Assembly (NCBI GenBank): GCA_035544015.1
Contig: DATKIP010000076.1
Location: forward strand, 128,299 to 192,298
Length of the DNA stretch: 64,000 bases
Direction of reading: 5' to 3'
Source of the DNA: Candidatus Saccharimonadia bacterium
GTDB lineage: Bacteria; Patescibacteriota; Saccharimonadia; UBA4664
Numbering within the stretch: the first letter of the stretch is position 1; each line of letters opens with the position of its first letter. Shown one piece after another: positions 40,563-50,008 of the stretch. Below the pieces are notes generated by a model. It did not search any database, had not been told where the DNA came from, and saw only the letters and a program-made list of their open reading frames with translations. The position numbers and the translations under genes were made by a program.

Positions 40563-40664
40563 GCGGAGAAGAACAAACAATTACTTCACCACGCCAGACA
40601 ACACTACGCACTGCCAAGCAAAGAGGAGGAGTTCGTGCTGAAGTAATTGTTTGTTCTTCGCAGC
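40563..40664 (+). repeat. Palindromic element copy B
   Basis: 21-bp perfect arms (40568-40588 / 40639-40659) and a 40-nt conserved loop. Confidence 0.85.
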
Positions 40665-40767
40665 CCCATTTGACTCCCACCAGATATCGCGGTACCATAA
40701 GCATGTTCTTAAAACCAAAAAACGAGAAATAAAAGTCCCTTCGTAGTAACGAAAGAGACGTTTTATT

Positions 40768-41979
40768 TTGCGTCACGGTATTAGCCACATTATCGCCACC
40801 TACCAGAAGCTCCGGGCCCAACCGCGTAACCTCCTGGCGATCGGCCTCCTCCTCGCGATTGTTAGCCTCGGACCTTCATCGGGCCGGCTGCCGGTAACTC
40901 CGGCAGCTGCGGCCGATTCGCAGGCCCTCATCTCGCTGTATGCCGACGGCCAGCAGCGCCTGTTTAGCGCCGACGACAAAACCGTCGGCGACGTATTGCG
41001 CCGTGCCAACCTGAAGCTTGGACCCCACGACCTCGTGGAGCCGTCCGCCGCCTCGCCGGTGCCGCATGGCCAATTCAACATCAATGTCTATCGCGCTCGC
41101 CCCGTCCTCGTCGAAGACGGCCTCCAGACCTACCGGCTCAAAAGCGCCTACCAAAGCCCCCGCCTCCTAGCTCTGGCCGCCGGGCTGGTGGTGTACCCCG
41201 AAGATCGCTTCCACACCGAAATAATCACCGATTTTGTCGATGATGGCTCGGTCGGCGAAAAAGTCACCGTCACCCGGGCCAAGCCGGTGAACGTTAAAGT
41301 CGACGGCCAGCAGCGGATTATTCGCACCCAAGCCGGCACTGCCGTCGATGCGCTCAAAGGCGCCGGCGTGGCACTGGGGGTCAACGACACCGTCTCGGTC
41401 AATCTGGCCGCCCCGGTGACCTCCGGCATGACGGTGAGTATCACGCGGGTCACTGAGGCCGTCGTCAACCTCACCCAAACCCTACCCAAGCCCGTCAAAG
41501 TCATCACCGATCCCACCGTACTCAAGGGCCAAACCAGCATCAAAGATCCCGGCGCCGACGGCCAAAAAACCGTCACCTACCGCATTCATTACCACGATGG
41601 CGTCGAAACCGTTCGCGAGGCCATCCAAACCGTTAGCCAGACCGCTCCCGTCGCCAAAGTGGTCGTGCAGGGCAGCAAGGTCTTCTTCGCCGGCTCGGTC
41701 GAATATTGGCGCTCTCAAGCTGAAGCCGCCGCCACCGCCAACGGCATCGATCCCAATATGCTGCTCCGGATCATGAACTGCGAATCGCGCGGCAACGCTA
41801 CATCGGTGAGCGCCTTCACTATCGGTGGTGAGCACCCCACCGGCCTCTTCCAATTTTTGCCCTCCACCTGGAGAGCAGCCGGCGGCACCAACGACAACAT
41901 CTTCGACGGCTCGCTTCAAATTCAGATCGCCGCCAAAAAAATGGCTCGCGAAGGCACCAAAGCCTGGCAGTGTAAGTAA
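40768..41979 (+). CDS. RpfB/YabE-like protein: DUF348 repeats + G5 + lytic transglycosylase domain
   Basis: TVGDVL...D.V.P repeats; G5-like GADGQKTVTY; CESRGN...GLFQFLPSTW...AWQC. Confidence 0.88.
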   Translation: MRHGISHIIATYQKLRAQPRNLLAIGLLLAIVSLGPSSGRLPVTPAAAADSQALISLYADGQQRLFSADDKTVGDVLRRANLKLGPHDLVEPSAASPVPHGQFNINVYRARPVLVEDGLQTYRLKSAYQSPRLLALAAGLVVYPEDRFHTEIITDFVDDGSVGEKVTVTRAKPVNVKVDGQQRIIRTQAGTAVDALKGAGVALGVNDTVSVNLAAPVTSGMTVSITRVTEAVVNLTQTLPKPVKVITDPTVLKGQTSIKDPGADGQKTVTYRIHYHDGVETVREAIQTVSQTAPVAKVVVQGSKVFFAGSVEYWRSQAEAAATANGIDPNMLLRIMNCESRGNATSVSAFTIGGEHPTGLFQFLPSTWRAAGGTNDNIFDGSLQIQIAAKKMAREGTKAWQCK

Positions 41980-42013
41980 ATCCTCAACGGCGGGTCGATA
42001 GTATAGTAAAACG

Positions 42014-43183
42014 GTGAATCTGCTCGACTTCTTCATTATCTTCGTGGCTCTGGCCGCGGCCGCCCGCGGGGTAGCCTCGGGCTTCCTGCGTCAAGTCGGT
42101 TCGCTGGGAGGATTTGTGCTAGGCCTGCTGCTAGGTGCGTGGCTGACGCCGATAATGACGCAGGCGCTCCCGGCCAGCGCTGCACGGCCGGTCTTGGCGC
42201 TCATCTTTTTCTTTGCGGTGGCCTTTACGCTCAGCGGCGTGGGCGAGATCATCGGCGTGCACCTCGCCGGCCTCATGAAGCGCGTCGGCCTCGATGCCGT
42301 CGACGGCGTCCTTGGCGCCGTTCTTGGCTTTGGAGGAGCATTACTGGCCCTATGGCTGTTGGCCAGCACCTTTGCCGGTTCAGTCGGCCCAGTGCTAGCG
42401 GCCGACATCGGCAACTCCAGCATCCTGCGATTGCTCGATCGCCACCTGCCGCCCGCCCCCGAGGTCACCGCCCGCCTCGAGCACGCCATCGGTGCCTCGC
42501 GCTTCCCGCGGGTGTTTGCCGGCCTCGAGCCCACGCCGGCCCCGCCGGTCACCGGGCCAAACGCCGCCGTCGTGAACGCCGCCGCCGCCGCCGCGCACGC
42601 CGCCACTGTCAAGATCGAGGGCTCTGGCTGCGGCGGCGTACTCGAGGGCTCCGGCTTCGTGGCCGCGCCGGGCCTCGTGGCCACCAACGCGCACGTCGTC
42701 GCTGGCATTGCTCGCCCCGTGGTCACCGACGCGGCCGGACCACACGTGGCGACCGTGGTGCTGTTTGACCCCGATCTCGATTTCGCCGTGCTGCGCACCT
42801 CCGGCCTGGTCGCCGCCCCGCTGGCCATCGAGCCTACCAGCCAGCCCCGCGGCACCGTCGCTGCTGCTCTCGGCTATCCCGGCGGCGGAGGCTTTACCGC
42901 CGGCGCCGCCGCCATTCTGGGCCAGCAACCCGCCGTTGGCCGCAATATCTACGACGCCGGCCTCATCCGCCGCGACATTTACACGCTTCAGGCCATAGTG
43001 CGCCCTGGCAACTCCGGCGGTCCGCTCGTTGCCGAAGACGGCACCGTCATTGGCGTAATCTTCGCTACCTCCACCACCAATTCAAACGTCGGCTATGCCC
43101 TCACCTCCCCCGAAATCCTGCCCGATCTCGCCCGCGCCGCCCACTCCGGCGCCGTTTCCACCGGCGCTTGCGTAGCCGATTAG
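42014..43183 (+). CDS. marP: MarP-family serine protease (CvpA-like TM domain + trypsin domain)
   Basis: GSGF, TNAHVVAG, DFAVL, GNSGGPL. Confidence 0.88.
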   Translation: MNLLDFFIIFVALAAAARGVASGFLRQVGSLGGFVLGLLLGAWLTPIMTQALPASAARPVLALIFFFAVAFTLSGVGEIIGVHLAGLMKRVGLDAVDGVLGAVLGFGGALLALWLLASTFAGSVGPVLAADIGNSSILRLLDRHLPPAPEVTARLEHAIGASRFPRVFAGLEPTPAPPVTGPNAAVVNAAAAAAHAATVKIEGSGCGGVLEGSGFVAAPGLVATNAHVVAGIARPVVTDAAGPHVATVVLFDPDLDFAVLRTSGLVAAPLAIEPTSQPRGTVAAALGYPGGGGFTAGAAAILGQQPAVGRNIYDAGLIRRDIYTLQAIVRPGNSGGPLVAEDGTVIGVIFATSTTNSNVGYALTSPEILPDLARAAHSGAVSTGACVAD

Positions 43184-43248
43184 GGCATAGGGTATACTGG
43201 GCGGCGGGAGCAACTCGGCTTCCCGCAGCAGCTCCAGGAGGGTGTCCG

Positions 43249-43842
43249 ATGAGTCGGGCAGTTACCGCAACGCTGGCCTCAGCCGTGGTGGCTGGCCTAG
43301 CAATCAGTGCAGCCGTCGTTTGGCGGATGGGCGAAGACCACCTGCCTGATTCCGTTCTCCATCCCGACGTCCCCACCTCGTCCGCTTCCCCCAACCAGCC
43401 GCCGGTGACTCGCCCCACGCCGCATCCCGCGGCCACCGGACCCACGGAAGGACCGGCTTCCCCTGATCTTTCCCCCTCGTGGGCCCTGGTGGGGGTTACG
43501 GTCGAGCCGCACGCCGGATTCGACCGGATCGCCTTCGCCTTCACCGACGGCACTCCGGCCTATGAGGTGAAGTATGTGAGTTCCGAGGGCCTTGACTCCA
43601 GTACCTTCCTGCTCGTCACCTTCAACCCCGACGTCACGCAGGAACGCCCCGATCGACGCGATGCCGCAGGGGCGCCCGTAGGCCGTACCGACGTGGGCCT
43701 TCCCTTCCTGAAGGCCTACTTCACCGGCGCCGACGGCGTCGGCCGGGTCATATATGTACTCGGTCTGAACGGCCCGGTACCCGTGCCTTTTCGGATGGTG
43801 GCGGGCAAGAACCTACTCTACCTCAATATAGGGGGCGCATAA
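43249..43842 (+). CDS. Membrane-anchored AMIN-like domain protein (actinobacterial type)
   Basis: AGGAGG RBS; TM, Pro linker, HAGFDRIAFAF..PAYEVKYV. Confidence 0.65.
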   Translation: MSRAVTATLASAVVAGLAISAAVVWRMGEDHLPDSVLHPDVPTSSASPNQPPVTRPTPHPAATGPTEGPASPDLSPSWALVGVTVEPHAGFDRIAFAFTDGTPAYEVKYVSSEGLDSSTFLLVTFNPDVTQERPDRRDAAGAPVGRTDVGLPFLKAYFTGADGVGRVIYVLGLNGPVPVPFRMVAGKNLLYLNIGGA

Positions 43843-43844
43843 CC

Positions 43845-44585
43845 ATGAGGATGCAGCGGATAACACTCGCCTTCGAGGTGCCCGCCGCCGCCGGCCCCGT
43901 ACTCGTCGCCCGCGCCCGTCTCCTGGCCAACCGCCTGGAAGGCAGCATTCCCGAAGCGGCAAATGCGGTCACGTTCTCCCGCGAGCTCCGGGAACTCGGG
44001 CTCGAACTCGAGCTCAATGTCCTGCTCGTCGCGGCTGGTATCGAAACCATCGATCAGCTCTGCGGCCACACCGAAGAGAGCCTCCGGGCCACCGACCTGC
44101 GGCATGCCGAGCTCCGAGAAGTCATGCGCAAACTCGCAGCCCAGGACAAAGTCCTGGCTGGCTGCCAGGTTGCACCCGACGATCTCATCGAGCTCCTCGA
44201 TCTGAGCGAGCTCTTCTACTGCGGGCTCAAGAAGAGTGGGTACCACGCGCTCAGCCAGCTGACGGTTTTCGAACCGGTCGCGATGATAGCCACCATCGGG
44301 TCGATGGCGGTCTATGTGATCGCCGCGCTCAAGCAGCTCAATCGGCCGTCCACACCGCTCAACCTCGACCGCCCGCTCACCGACCTGCGGCCACCGAGCC
44401 CCACTACGTGGGACGTGCTGACCGCCGCCGGGATCGACATCGCCGGTCGCATCGGCAACCTCACCGCCACCGGTCTCCTGGCCGCGCTGCAAACGCATCC
44501 GGACCTGGACGACACCGCCGCCAGGGAGGGGGTCGACGCCCTCCGCCAGACCCTCGACCTCTACGGCTACCACCTCCCCAACTAA
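43845..44585 (+). CDS. Protein with tandem RNA polymerase alpha-CTD-like (HhH) repeats
   Basis: LRELGLELELNVLLVAAGIETIDQL..TEESL...ELREVMRKL resembles the alpha-CTD consensus; repeated about three times. Confidence 0.6.
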   Translation: MRMQRITLAFEVPAAAGPVLVARARLLANRLEGSIPEAANAVTFSRELRELGLELELNVLLVAAGIETIDQLCGHTEESLRATDLRHAELREVMRKLAAQDKVLAGCQVAPDDLIELLDLSELFYCGLKKSGYHALSQLTVFEPVAMIATIGSMAVYVIAALKQLNRPSTPLNLDRPLTDLRPPSPTTWDVLTAAGIDIAGRIGNLTATGLLAALQTHPDLDDTAAREGVDALRQTLDLYGYHLPN

Positions 44586-44601
44586 CGAAAGGGGAATACC
44601 C

Positions 44602-45505
44602 GGGCGGGGCGGCCACAATGGCTGCCCCGCCCCAGAGCGTTTTTATTGCAAATTACAAGAATTTATTTTATAATATAGCAGGCGTATTACCCGTCCCCGA
44701 CCGAGAGAAGGGCGTACCCATGAAGATGACCCGCTTCACGTCCACCATCGAGGTACCGACCGCCAACAGGCCGGCCTTCGCGGCGGCCTTGAGCGATCTG
44801 CTGAGCCGCTTCGACGGCAAAACCACAAGGAGTGCCCAGTTCGATTTCTCCCCGGAGTTCGTCGAACTCGAGCTCGGCACCCAGACCAACATCGCCCTGG
44901 TCGCCAACAACATCGAAACCGTCGACTAGCTCCGTGCCTACACCGAGGCCAAACTGGTCGCGCTGTCCGGCATCGGTTACCCCATGCTCAAAGAAATCGT
45001 CGTCGCGCTGGCCAAGTGCAGCCACACCCTGGCGGGCTGCACGATCGCCATCGACGACCAGATCGAGCTGCTCGAGCTGCAAGATGTCGCCTACCGAATT
45101 CTCAAGAAGAAAGGTTTCAACGCCATCTCGCAGCTGGTGGCTCTCGATGCGGTCGATCTCGAACTCGCTCTGGGTCGGCTGGTCACCGGGGTCACACGGG
45201 CGCTCGTCCAGATCAACCGCCCTCCGGCTCCGCTCAACCCCGACCGGCCGCTCGGCGCGGTCGTCGAGGGCGAGCATCTGGCGAGGCTACTCACCGAGGC
45301 AGGAGTCGACATCACGGCTGCCGTGGGGACCTTCACGGCGAGCGGCCTCCAGGCCGCACTGAGCGAGCACCCCCGCGTGTCCGACCCCTCCGCCCACGAA
45401 TGGGTGAGCCACATCCGGCTGCTCCTCGACCGGTGCGGCTACCAACTCCCGGACTAACCAGGTAATACCCGCGGGGCGGGGCGGCCACAATGGCTGCCCC
45501 GCCCC
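44602..45505 (+). repeat. Two near-identical hairpins GGGCGGGGCGGCCA-CAA-TGGCTGCCCCGCCC (44602-44632 and 45474-45504)
   Basis: One follows each alpha-CTD-like paralog; both are flanked by AATACCC and AGCGTTT. Confidence 0.9.
44720..45457 (+). pseudogene. Paralog of 43845-44585 interrupted by an in-frame TAG (44927-44929)
   Basis: IETVD*L aligns with the paralog's IETIDQL (CAG to TAG); frame continues to GYQLPD. Confidence 0.75.
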
Positions 45506-45533
45506 GAAGCGTTTCTGCTAAAATATACCCACC

Positions 45534-46364
45534 ATGGATTTATCACGCGTCGAAGACGTCCGTACCGCCCTGCGCCTCGCGGGCATCAGACCCAACAAAG
45601 GTCTCGGCCAACATTTCCTGGTCGACCGCAGCAGCCTCGAGGCCATCGTGGACGCGGCGGCCGTCACGCGGTCCGACACCGTGCTCGAGATCGGGCCGGG
45701 GCTGGGCGTGATGACCCGCCCCCTCGCCGCCCAAGCCGGCCGCCTCATCGCCGTCGAGACCGACCATGTGCTGGCTGGCCTGCTGCGCCGCGACGCCCCC
45801 GAAAACCTCGAGGTGGTCGAGCAAGATTTTCTCACCTACAACCTCCGCACCCTGTCGCCACGCTACAAAGTGATTGCCAACATTCCCTACTACCTCACGT
45901 CCAAAATCTTCCGGCTGCTCATCGAAAGCCCCAACCCCCCGGCGCTCATGTCGGTCCTCATTCAAAAAGAAGTCGCCGAGCGCATCACGGCCCGCCCCGG
46001 TCAGCTCTCCATCCTGGCGTTATCAGTCCAGTATTACGGCCACGCCGAAATCGTGCGGATCGTTGAGCGGCACAAATTTTGGCCCGCGCCGGCCGTCGAC
46101 TCGGCCGTGTTGCGTGTCACCCTCACCGGCCCCGCCTTCCCCGCCGACCCCGCCAAATTATTTCGCCTCATCAAGGCCGGCTTTGGTGAAAAGCGCAAAT
46201 TGCTCAAAAACGCCCTCTCCGGCGGCCTCAACCTTTCATCCGACCTCGCTGTCGAACTCATCGCCCACGCCAAATTACCCCCTACCGCGCGCGCCCAGGA
46301 GCTCGACCTGCCGGCCTGGCGGCGCCTCTACAACGTAACCGAAACAAGGAGTCTGCTCGGATGA
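45534..46364 (+). CDS. rsmA: 16S rRNA m6,2A dimethyltransferase
   Basis: GQHFL, LEIGPGLG, ANIPYY, QKEVAERI, PAVDSAV. Confidence 0.97.
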   Translation: MDLSRVEDVRTALRLAGIRPNKGLGQHFLVDRSSLEAIVDAAAVTRSDTVLEIGPGLGVMTRPLAAQAGRLIAVETDHVLAGLLRRDAPENLEVVEQDFLTYNLRTLSPRYKVIANIPYYLTSKIFRLLIESPNPPALMSVLIQKEVAERITARPGQLSILALSVQYYGHAEIVRIVERHKFWPAPAVDSAVLRVTLTGPAFPADPAKLFRLIKAGFGEKRKLLKNALSGGLNLSSDLAVELIAHAKLPPTARAQELDLPAWRRLYNVTETRSLLG

Positions 46365-47101
46365 TGAAGTTTCTCGGCCATGTCCTCGCGTTATTGCTCG
46401 CTACCACGATTGTCGTGGCGGTTTGGGGTTTTGTGCTCGGCCGCACGCTGGGGAGCGCTAGCTATCTCGAGCATCAGGCCAGCCAGGCCCAGCTCTACGA
46501 GCGGCTCGGCACCGCAGTCCCCGAAGCTGCGATTGATCCCGCCGATCTCGCCAACCGTGTCAACGCCGTTTTGCCAGGATTCATCGACCACCTCACCAAA
46601 GGCACACCGGCCCCCACCTTCGCGCTGCCCGGCGGCGACTCCCAGACCCTCACCCTCGGCGGCGCCGACGAACAAGTCACCGACGCCTTTGCCGTCCTGC
46701 GCCCGGCCGCCATGAGCGCGCCCTTCGTCGCCCTGGCGCTCGTATTGCTAATCATCGGCGTGATGCGCGCCCGGCGCTTGCTAGTGCTCAGCCGGGCCGG
46801 CCTCCAGGCCGCCATCAGTCTCGCCGCCTCCGCCGCGCTGCTGTGGTTTGCGCCGAGCCTCATTCTATCGCTCCTCGACAAACCCGACACCGCCGCCATC
46901 CGGCCCGTCATCGCGCCGTTCCTCGAATCGGTGCTGCACGGCATAGCCACCCAGCTGGCCGCTGCCGCCCTCGCCCTGCTCATTATCACCATCGCCCTGC
47001 GGCTCGTCCACAGCGCCGGACTCCTCAAAAACCGCTTCATCAAGCCAAAACCGCCCGCCAAGCCTCAAATCCCACCCGCCCCCGGATCGGTCCGAAACTA
47101 A
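46361..47101 (+). CDS. Hypothetical membrane protein
   Basis: 4 TMs; host codon usage. Confidence 0.7.
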   Translation: MMKFLGHVLALLLATTIVVAVWGFVLGRTLGSASYLEHQASQAQLYERLGTAVPEAAIDPADLANRVNAVLPGFIDHLTKGTPAPTFALPGGDSQTLTLGGADEQVTDAFAVLRPAAMSAPFVALALVLLIIGVMRARRLLVLSRAGLQAAISLAASAALLWFAPSLILSLLDKPDTAAIRPVIAPFLESVLHGIATQLAAAALALLIITIALRLVHSAGLLKNRFIKPKPPAKPQIPPAPGSVRN

Positions 47102-47661
47102 TGGATGCTCAACACGAGCAACATCTCGACCATATGGGGCCTAAGTTCGACGAAGCCAAGCGTACAGCCCGCGAGCTCGAGTTGGGAAGATTCGCCCAGG
47201 AACAAGGCCTCAGCTCCGAAGATCCGCAGTCGCTGCTCGACCTCCTCGTGGAGTCTGGTCGCACCGCCAGAGCAGACTACATTGCCATTTTCGATAAAGC
47301 TCACGAAGCCGGCCTGCTCAGCGACGGAGTCTCGAGCCACCTCGCTACGTCACTGCGCTATCTTCTCGAAATTGCCGACCGGTCAACGCCGATTTTTGAG
47401 GTTGCCAGGAGTAGCCCAGACGACGTCTGCGAGCAAGAAGTTCTCGACCAGTGGAACGATTTAGAAATGCTCTATGGTATCGACAAGACCACCTCAAAAG
47501 GCACCTTGGCGGCCGATGAGGCTGAGCCCGACATCGCAAAACGAAGCATCCGGTACGCTGATAGAATTAAGTCCGGCATGGTTATATTTGAAGCCAACGA
47601 CGGCGCCACGATAACCTGGGGAGCGGGCGCCACCTGGCCCCGACCAAGTCTGAACGCATAG
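47101..47661 (+). CDS. Hypothetical acidic protein
   Basis: TAATG-coupled start; 186 aa. Confidence 0.65.
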   Translation: MDAQHEQHLDHMGPKFDEAKRTARELELGRFAQEQGLSSEDPQSLLDLLVESGRTARADYIAIFDKAHEAGLLSDGVSSHLATSLRYLLEIADRSTPIFEVARSSPDDVCEQEVLDQWNDLEMLYGIDKTTSKGTLAADEAEPDIAKRSIRYADRIKSGMVIFEANDGATITWGAGATWPRPSLNA

Positions 47662-47664
47662 CGT

Positions 47665-47711
47665 TTTTTATATCACATATGGTATCCCCTGAACCCATAT
47701 ATGATATAAAA
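47665..47711. terminator. AT-rich 17-bp inverted repeat (terminator or operator)
   Basis: TTTTATATCACATATGG...CCATATATGATATAAAA. Confidence 0.55.
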
Positions 47712-47805
47712 TCGCCCATGCATGCTACAAACCCCGTCCCGAAAAAGCGCCACCCAGCCGCCACCCCTTATAAGCGACCCCGCCATATGATACGATAACC
47801 GCCAT

Positions 47806-49242
47806 ATGGCCAAATTTTACGTCACCACCGCCTCCGCCTACACCAACGGCCCGCCGCACATCGGCTACGCCATGGAGCTCATCCAGGGCGACGTCCTGGC
47901 GCGCTACCACCGCCAAAAAGGCGACGAAGTCTGGTACGTCACCGGCACCGACGAGCACGGCACCAAGATCAAGCGCGCTGCCGACGAGGCCGGGAAAACT
48001 CCCCAAGCTTACACCGACGAGATCAGCCAACTCTTCCGCGATCTCGCCCCGGCCCTGGGCGTCGCCACCGACCAATTTGTGCGCTCCACCGACCCGGCTC
48101 ACGAGAAAGTCGCGCAGGCACTGTGGAAAGCCTGCGAAAAAGATATTTACAAAGCCAAATACCAGGGCTGGTACTGTGTCGGCTGCGAAACGTTTTACAC
48201 CGAAATCGACGTCCCCGACCATATCTGCCCCATCCACAAAAAGCCCATCGAGCACATTGCTGAGGAAAATTATTTCTTCAAGCTCAGCGCCTACACTGAT
48301 CGCATTAAAGAACTCATCACTTCCGACCAGCTGCTCATCCGCCCTGCCTCACGCAAGAACGAAATTATGGCCCTACTCGAGCGCGGCCTCGAAGACATCA
48401 GTATTAGCCGCGACAAAAAACAGCTTACCTGGGGCGTACCGGTGCCGGGCGACCCCGAGCAGGTAATGTACGTATGGTTCGATGCGCTCGGTTTCTACAT
48501 CTCTGCCCTCGGCTACCCCGACGCCGACAAGTTCAAGCAATTTTGGCCCGCCGACGTCCAAATCGTCGGCAAAGACATCCTCCGCCACCATGCCGCCATT
48601 TGGCCCGCCATGCTGCTGTCCGCCGGCCTGCCGCCCGAGCGCAGCCTCTACGCCCACGGCTTTATCTCGAGCGAAGGCCACAAAATGAGCAAATCCCTCG
48701 GCAACGTCGTTAGCCCCGGCGACGTCATCGCCAAATACGGCGTCGACGCCCTGCGCTACTACCTGTTGCGCGAAATCCCCTCCGACGGCGACGGCGATTT
48801 CTCGTGGGCGCGCATGGAATCCGTCTACAACGCCGACCTCGCCAATGACCTCGGCAACCTCGTACAGCGCGTGCAGGTCATGATCGGCAAGTACCAAAAA
48901 GGCGTCATCGGCGAACTGCCGCCGCACTCCCACGACATCCAGCCGTTCGAAGAAGCCATGAGCGACCTGCGCTTCGACCGCGCGCTGGCCGAGGTATGGC
49001 TGCTCATCCGCGGCCTCAACCAACTCATCGAAGAAGAAAAGCCCTGGGAGCTGGCCGACGGCGGCAAGCGGGCCGATCCCAGTCACCTCGCCGAAGTCCT
49101 GCACCACGCCGTCACCGACCTCATCCAGATAGCCACGCTGCTGATGCCGTTTATGCCCGCTACAGCGCAAAAAATCGCCGCTACCTTCGCCGGCGGCGCC
49201 GTCCATCCCGAGATCGGCGTGCTGTTCCCCAAGGACAAATAA
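47806..49242 (+). CDS. metG: Methionine-tRNA ligase (short form, no C-terminal tRNA-binding appendix)
   Basis: PHIG, TGTDEHG, YVWFDAL, GKDILRHH, KMSKS. Confidence 0.97.
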   Translation: MAKFYVTTASAYTNGPPHIGYAMELIQGDVLARYHRQKGDEVWYVTGTDEHGTKIKRAADEAGKTPQAYTDEISQLFRDLAPALGVATDQFVRSTDPAHEKVAQALWKACEKDIYKAKYQGWYCVGCETFYTEIDVPDHICPIHKKPIEHIAEENYFFKLSAYTDRIKELITSDQLLIRPASRKNEIMALLERGLEDISISRDKKQLTWGVPVPGDPEQVMYVWFDALGFYISALGYPDADKFKQFWPADVQIVGKDILRHHAAIWPAMLLSAGLPPERSLYAHGFISSEGHKMSKSLGNVVSPGDVIAKYGVDALRYYLLREIPSDGDGDFSWARMESVYNADLANDLGNLVQRVQVMIGKYQKGVIGELPPHSHDIQPFEEAMSDLRFDRALAEVWLLIRGLNQLIEEEKPWELADGGKRADPSHLAEVLHHAVTDLIQIATLLMPFMPATAQKIAATFAGGAVHPEIGVLFPKDK

Positions 49243-49244
49243 TT

Positions 49245-50006
49245 GTGCTCATCGACACCCACTCCCACGTCCACTTCCAAGAATTCCGCCCCGAGCTCGA
49301 CACGATCCTCGACCACGCCCACGCTGCCGGGGTCGAAAAAATCCTCACTGTCGGCTGCAACGACACCGATTCGGCCGAAGCCGTAGCCGTCGCGCGCGCC
49401 CACCAAAACCTCTGGGCCACCGTCGGCCTCCATCCCCACGACGCCGACCGCGGCTACGAGGCGCTCGAAGAAATCGCTCGTCTGGCCGAATTCGACAAAG
49501 TCGTGGCGATAGGGGAGTGCGGCCTCGACAACTTCCGCTCCCAAACCACCCCCGAAGACCAGGAGCGCGCCTTGCGGTTTCAGATCGAGCTCGGCCTCGA
49601 GCGCGATTTGCCCATGATCTTCCACGTTCGCGACGCCTTTCCGCAATTTTTCGCCATCCTCGACGAATACCGCGGCGACGGCGTGCGCGGCCTCGTGCAT
49701 TGCTTCACCGCCGGCATGCCTGAGCTCGAGGGCTCATTAGAGCGCGGTCTCTCCATCGCGCTTAACGGCATCATGACCTTCACCAAAGACCCGGCCCAGC
49801 TCGACGCCGCGAAGGCCGTCCCGCTGGATCGGCTCGTGCTCGAAACCGACTGCCCCTTCCTGGCGCCCGTGCCCCTGCGCGGCAAACGCAACGAGCCGGC
49901 CAACATCGTCCACACCGCCAAATTCCTGGCCCAGCTTCGCGGCGAAGCGCTCGAAGACCTCGAAACCGCCACCACTCAAAATGCCGAAAAACTGTTCCAA
50001 ATTTAG
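49245..50006 (+). CDS. tatD: TatD-family DNase
   Basis: IDTHSH, GLHPH, AIGECGLD, HCF, LETDCPFLAP. Confidence 0.95.
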   Translation: MLIDTHSHVHFQEFRPELDTILDHAHAAGVEKILTVGCNDTDSAEAVAVARAHQNLWATVGLHPHDADRGYEALEEIARLAEFDKVVAIGECGLDNFRSQTTPEDQERALRFQIELGLERDLPMIFHVRDAFPQFFAILDEYRGDGVRGLVHCFTAGMPELEGSLERGLSIALNGIMTFTKDPAQLDAAKAVPLDRLVLETDCPFLAPVPLRGKRNEPANIVHTAKFLAQLRGEALEDLETATTQNAEKLFQI

Positions 50007-50008
50007 CC

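Noticed and set aside
40010-40664. Retron msr-msd or integron attC interpretation of the palindromes
   Set aside because: No reverse transcriptase or integron integrase in the window, and the ends do not fit RYYYAAC/GTTRRRY.
40670-40768. c-di-AMP (ydaO) riboswitch before the rpfB-like gene
   Set aside because: Leader after TTGACT-17-TACCAT is only about 65 nt and lacks the aptamer motifs.
44927-44929. TAG-to-Gln genetic code reassignment
   Set aside because: pyk and uvrD, among others, end properly in TAG; this is a single isolated case.
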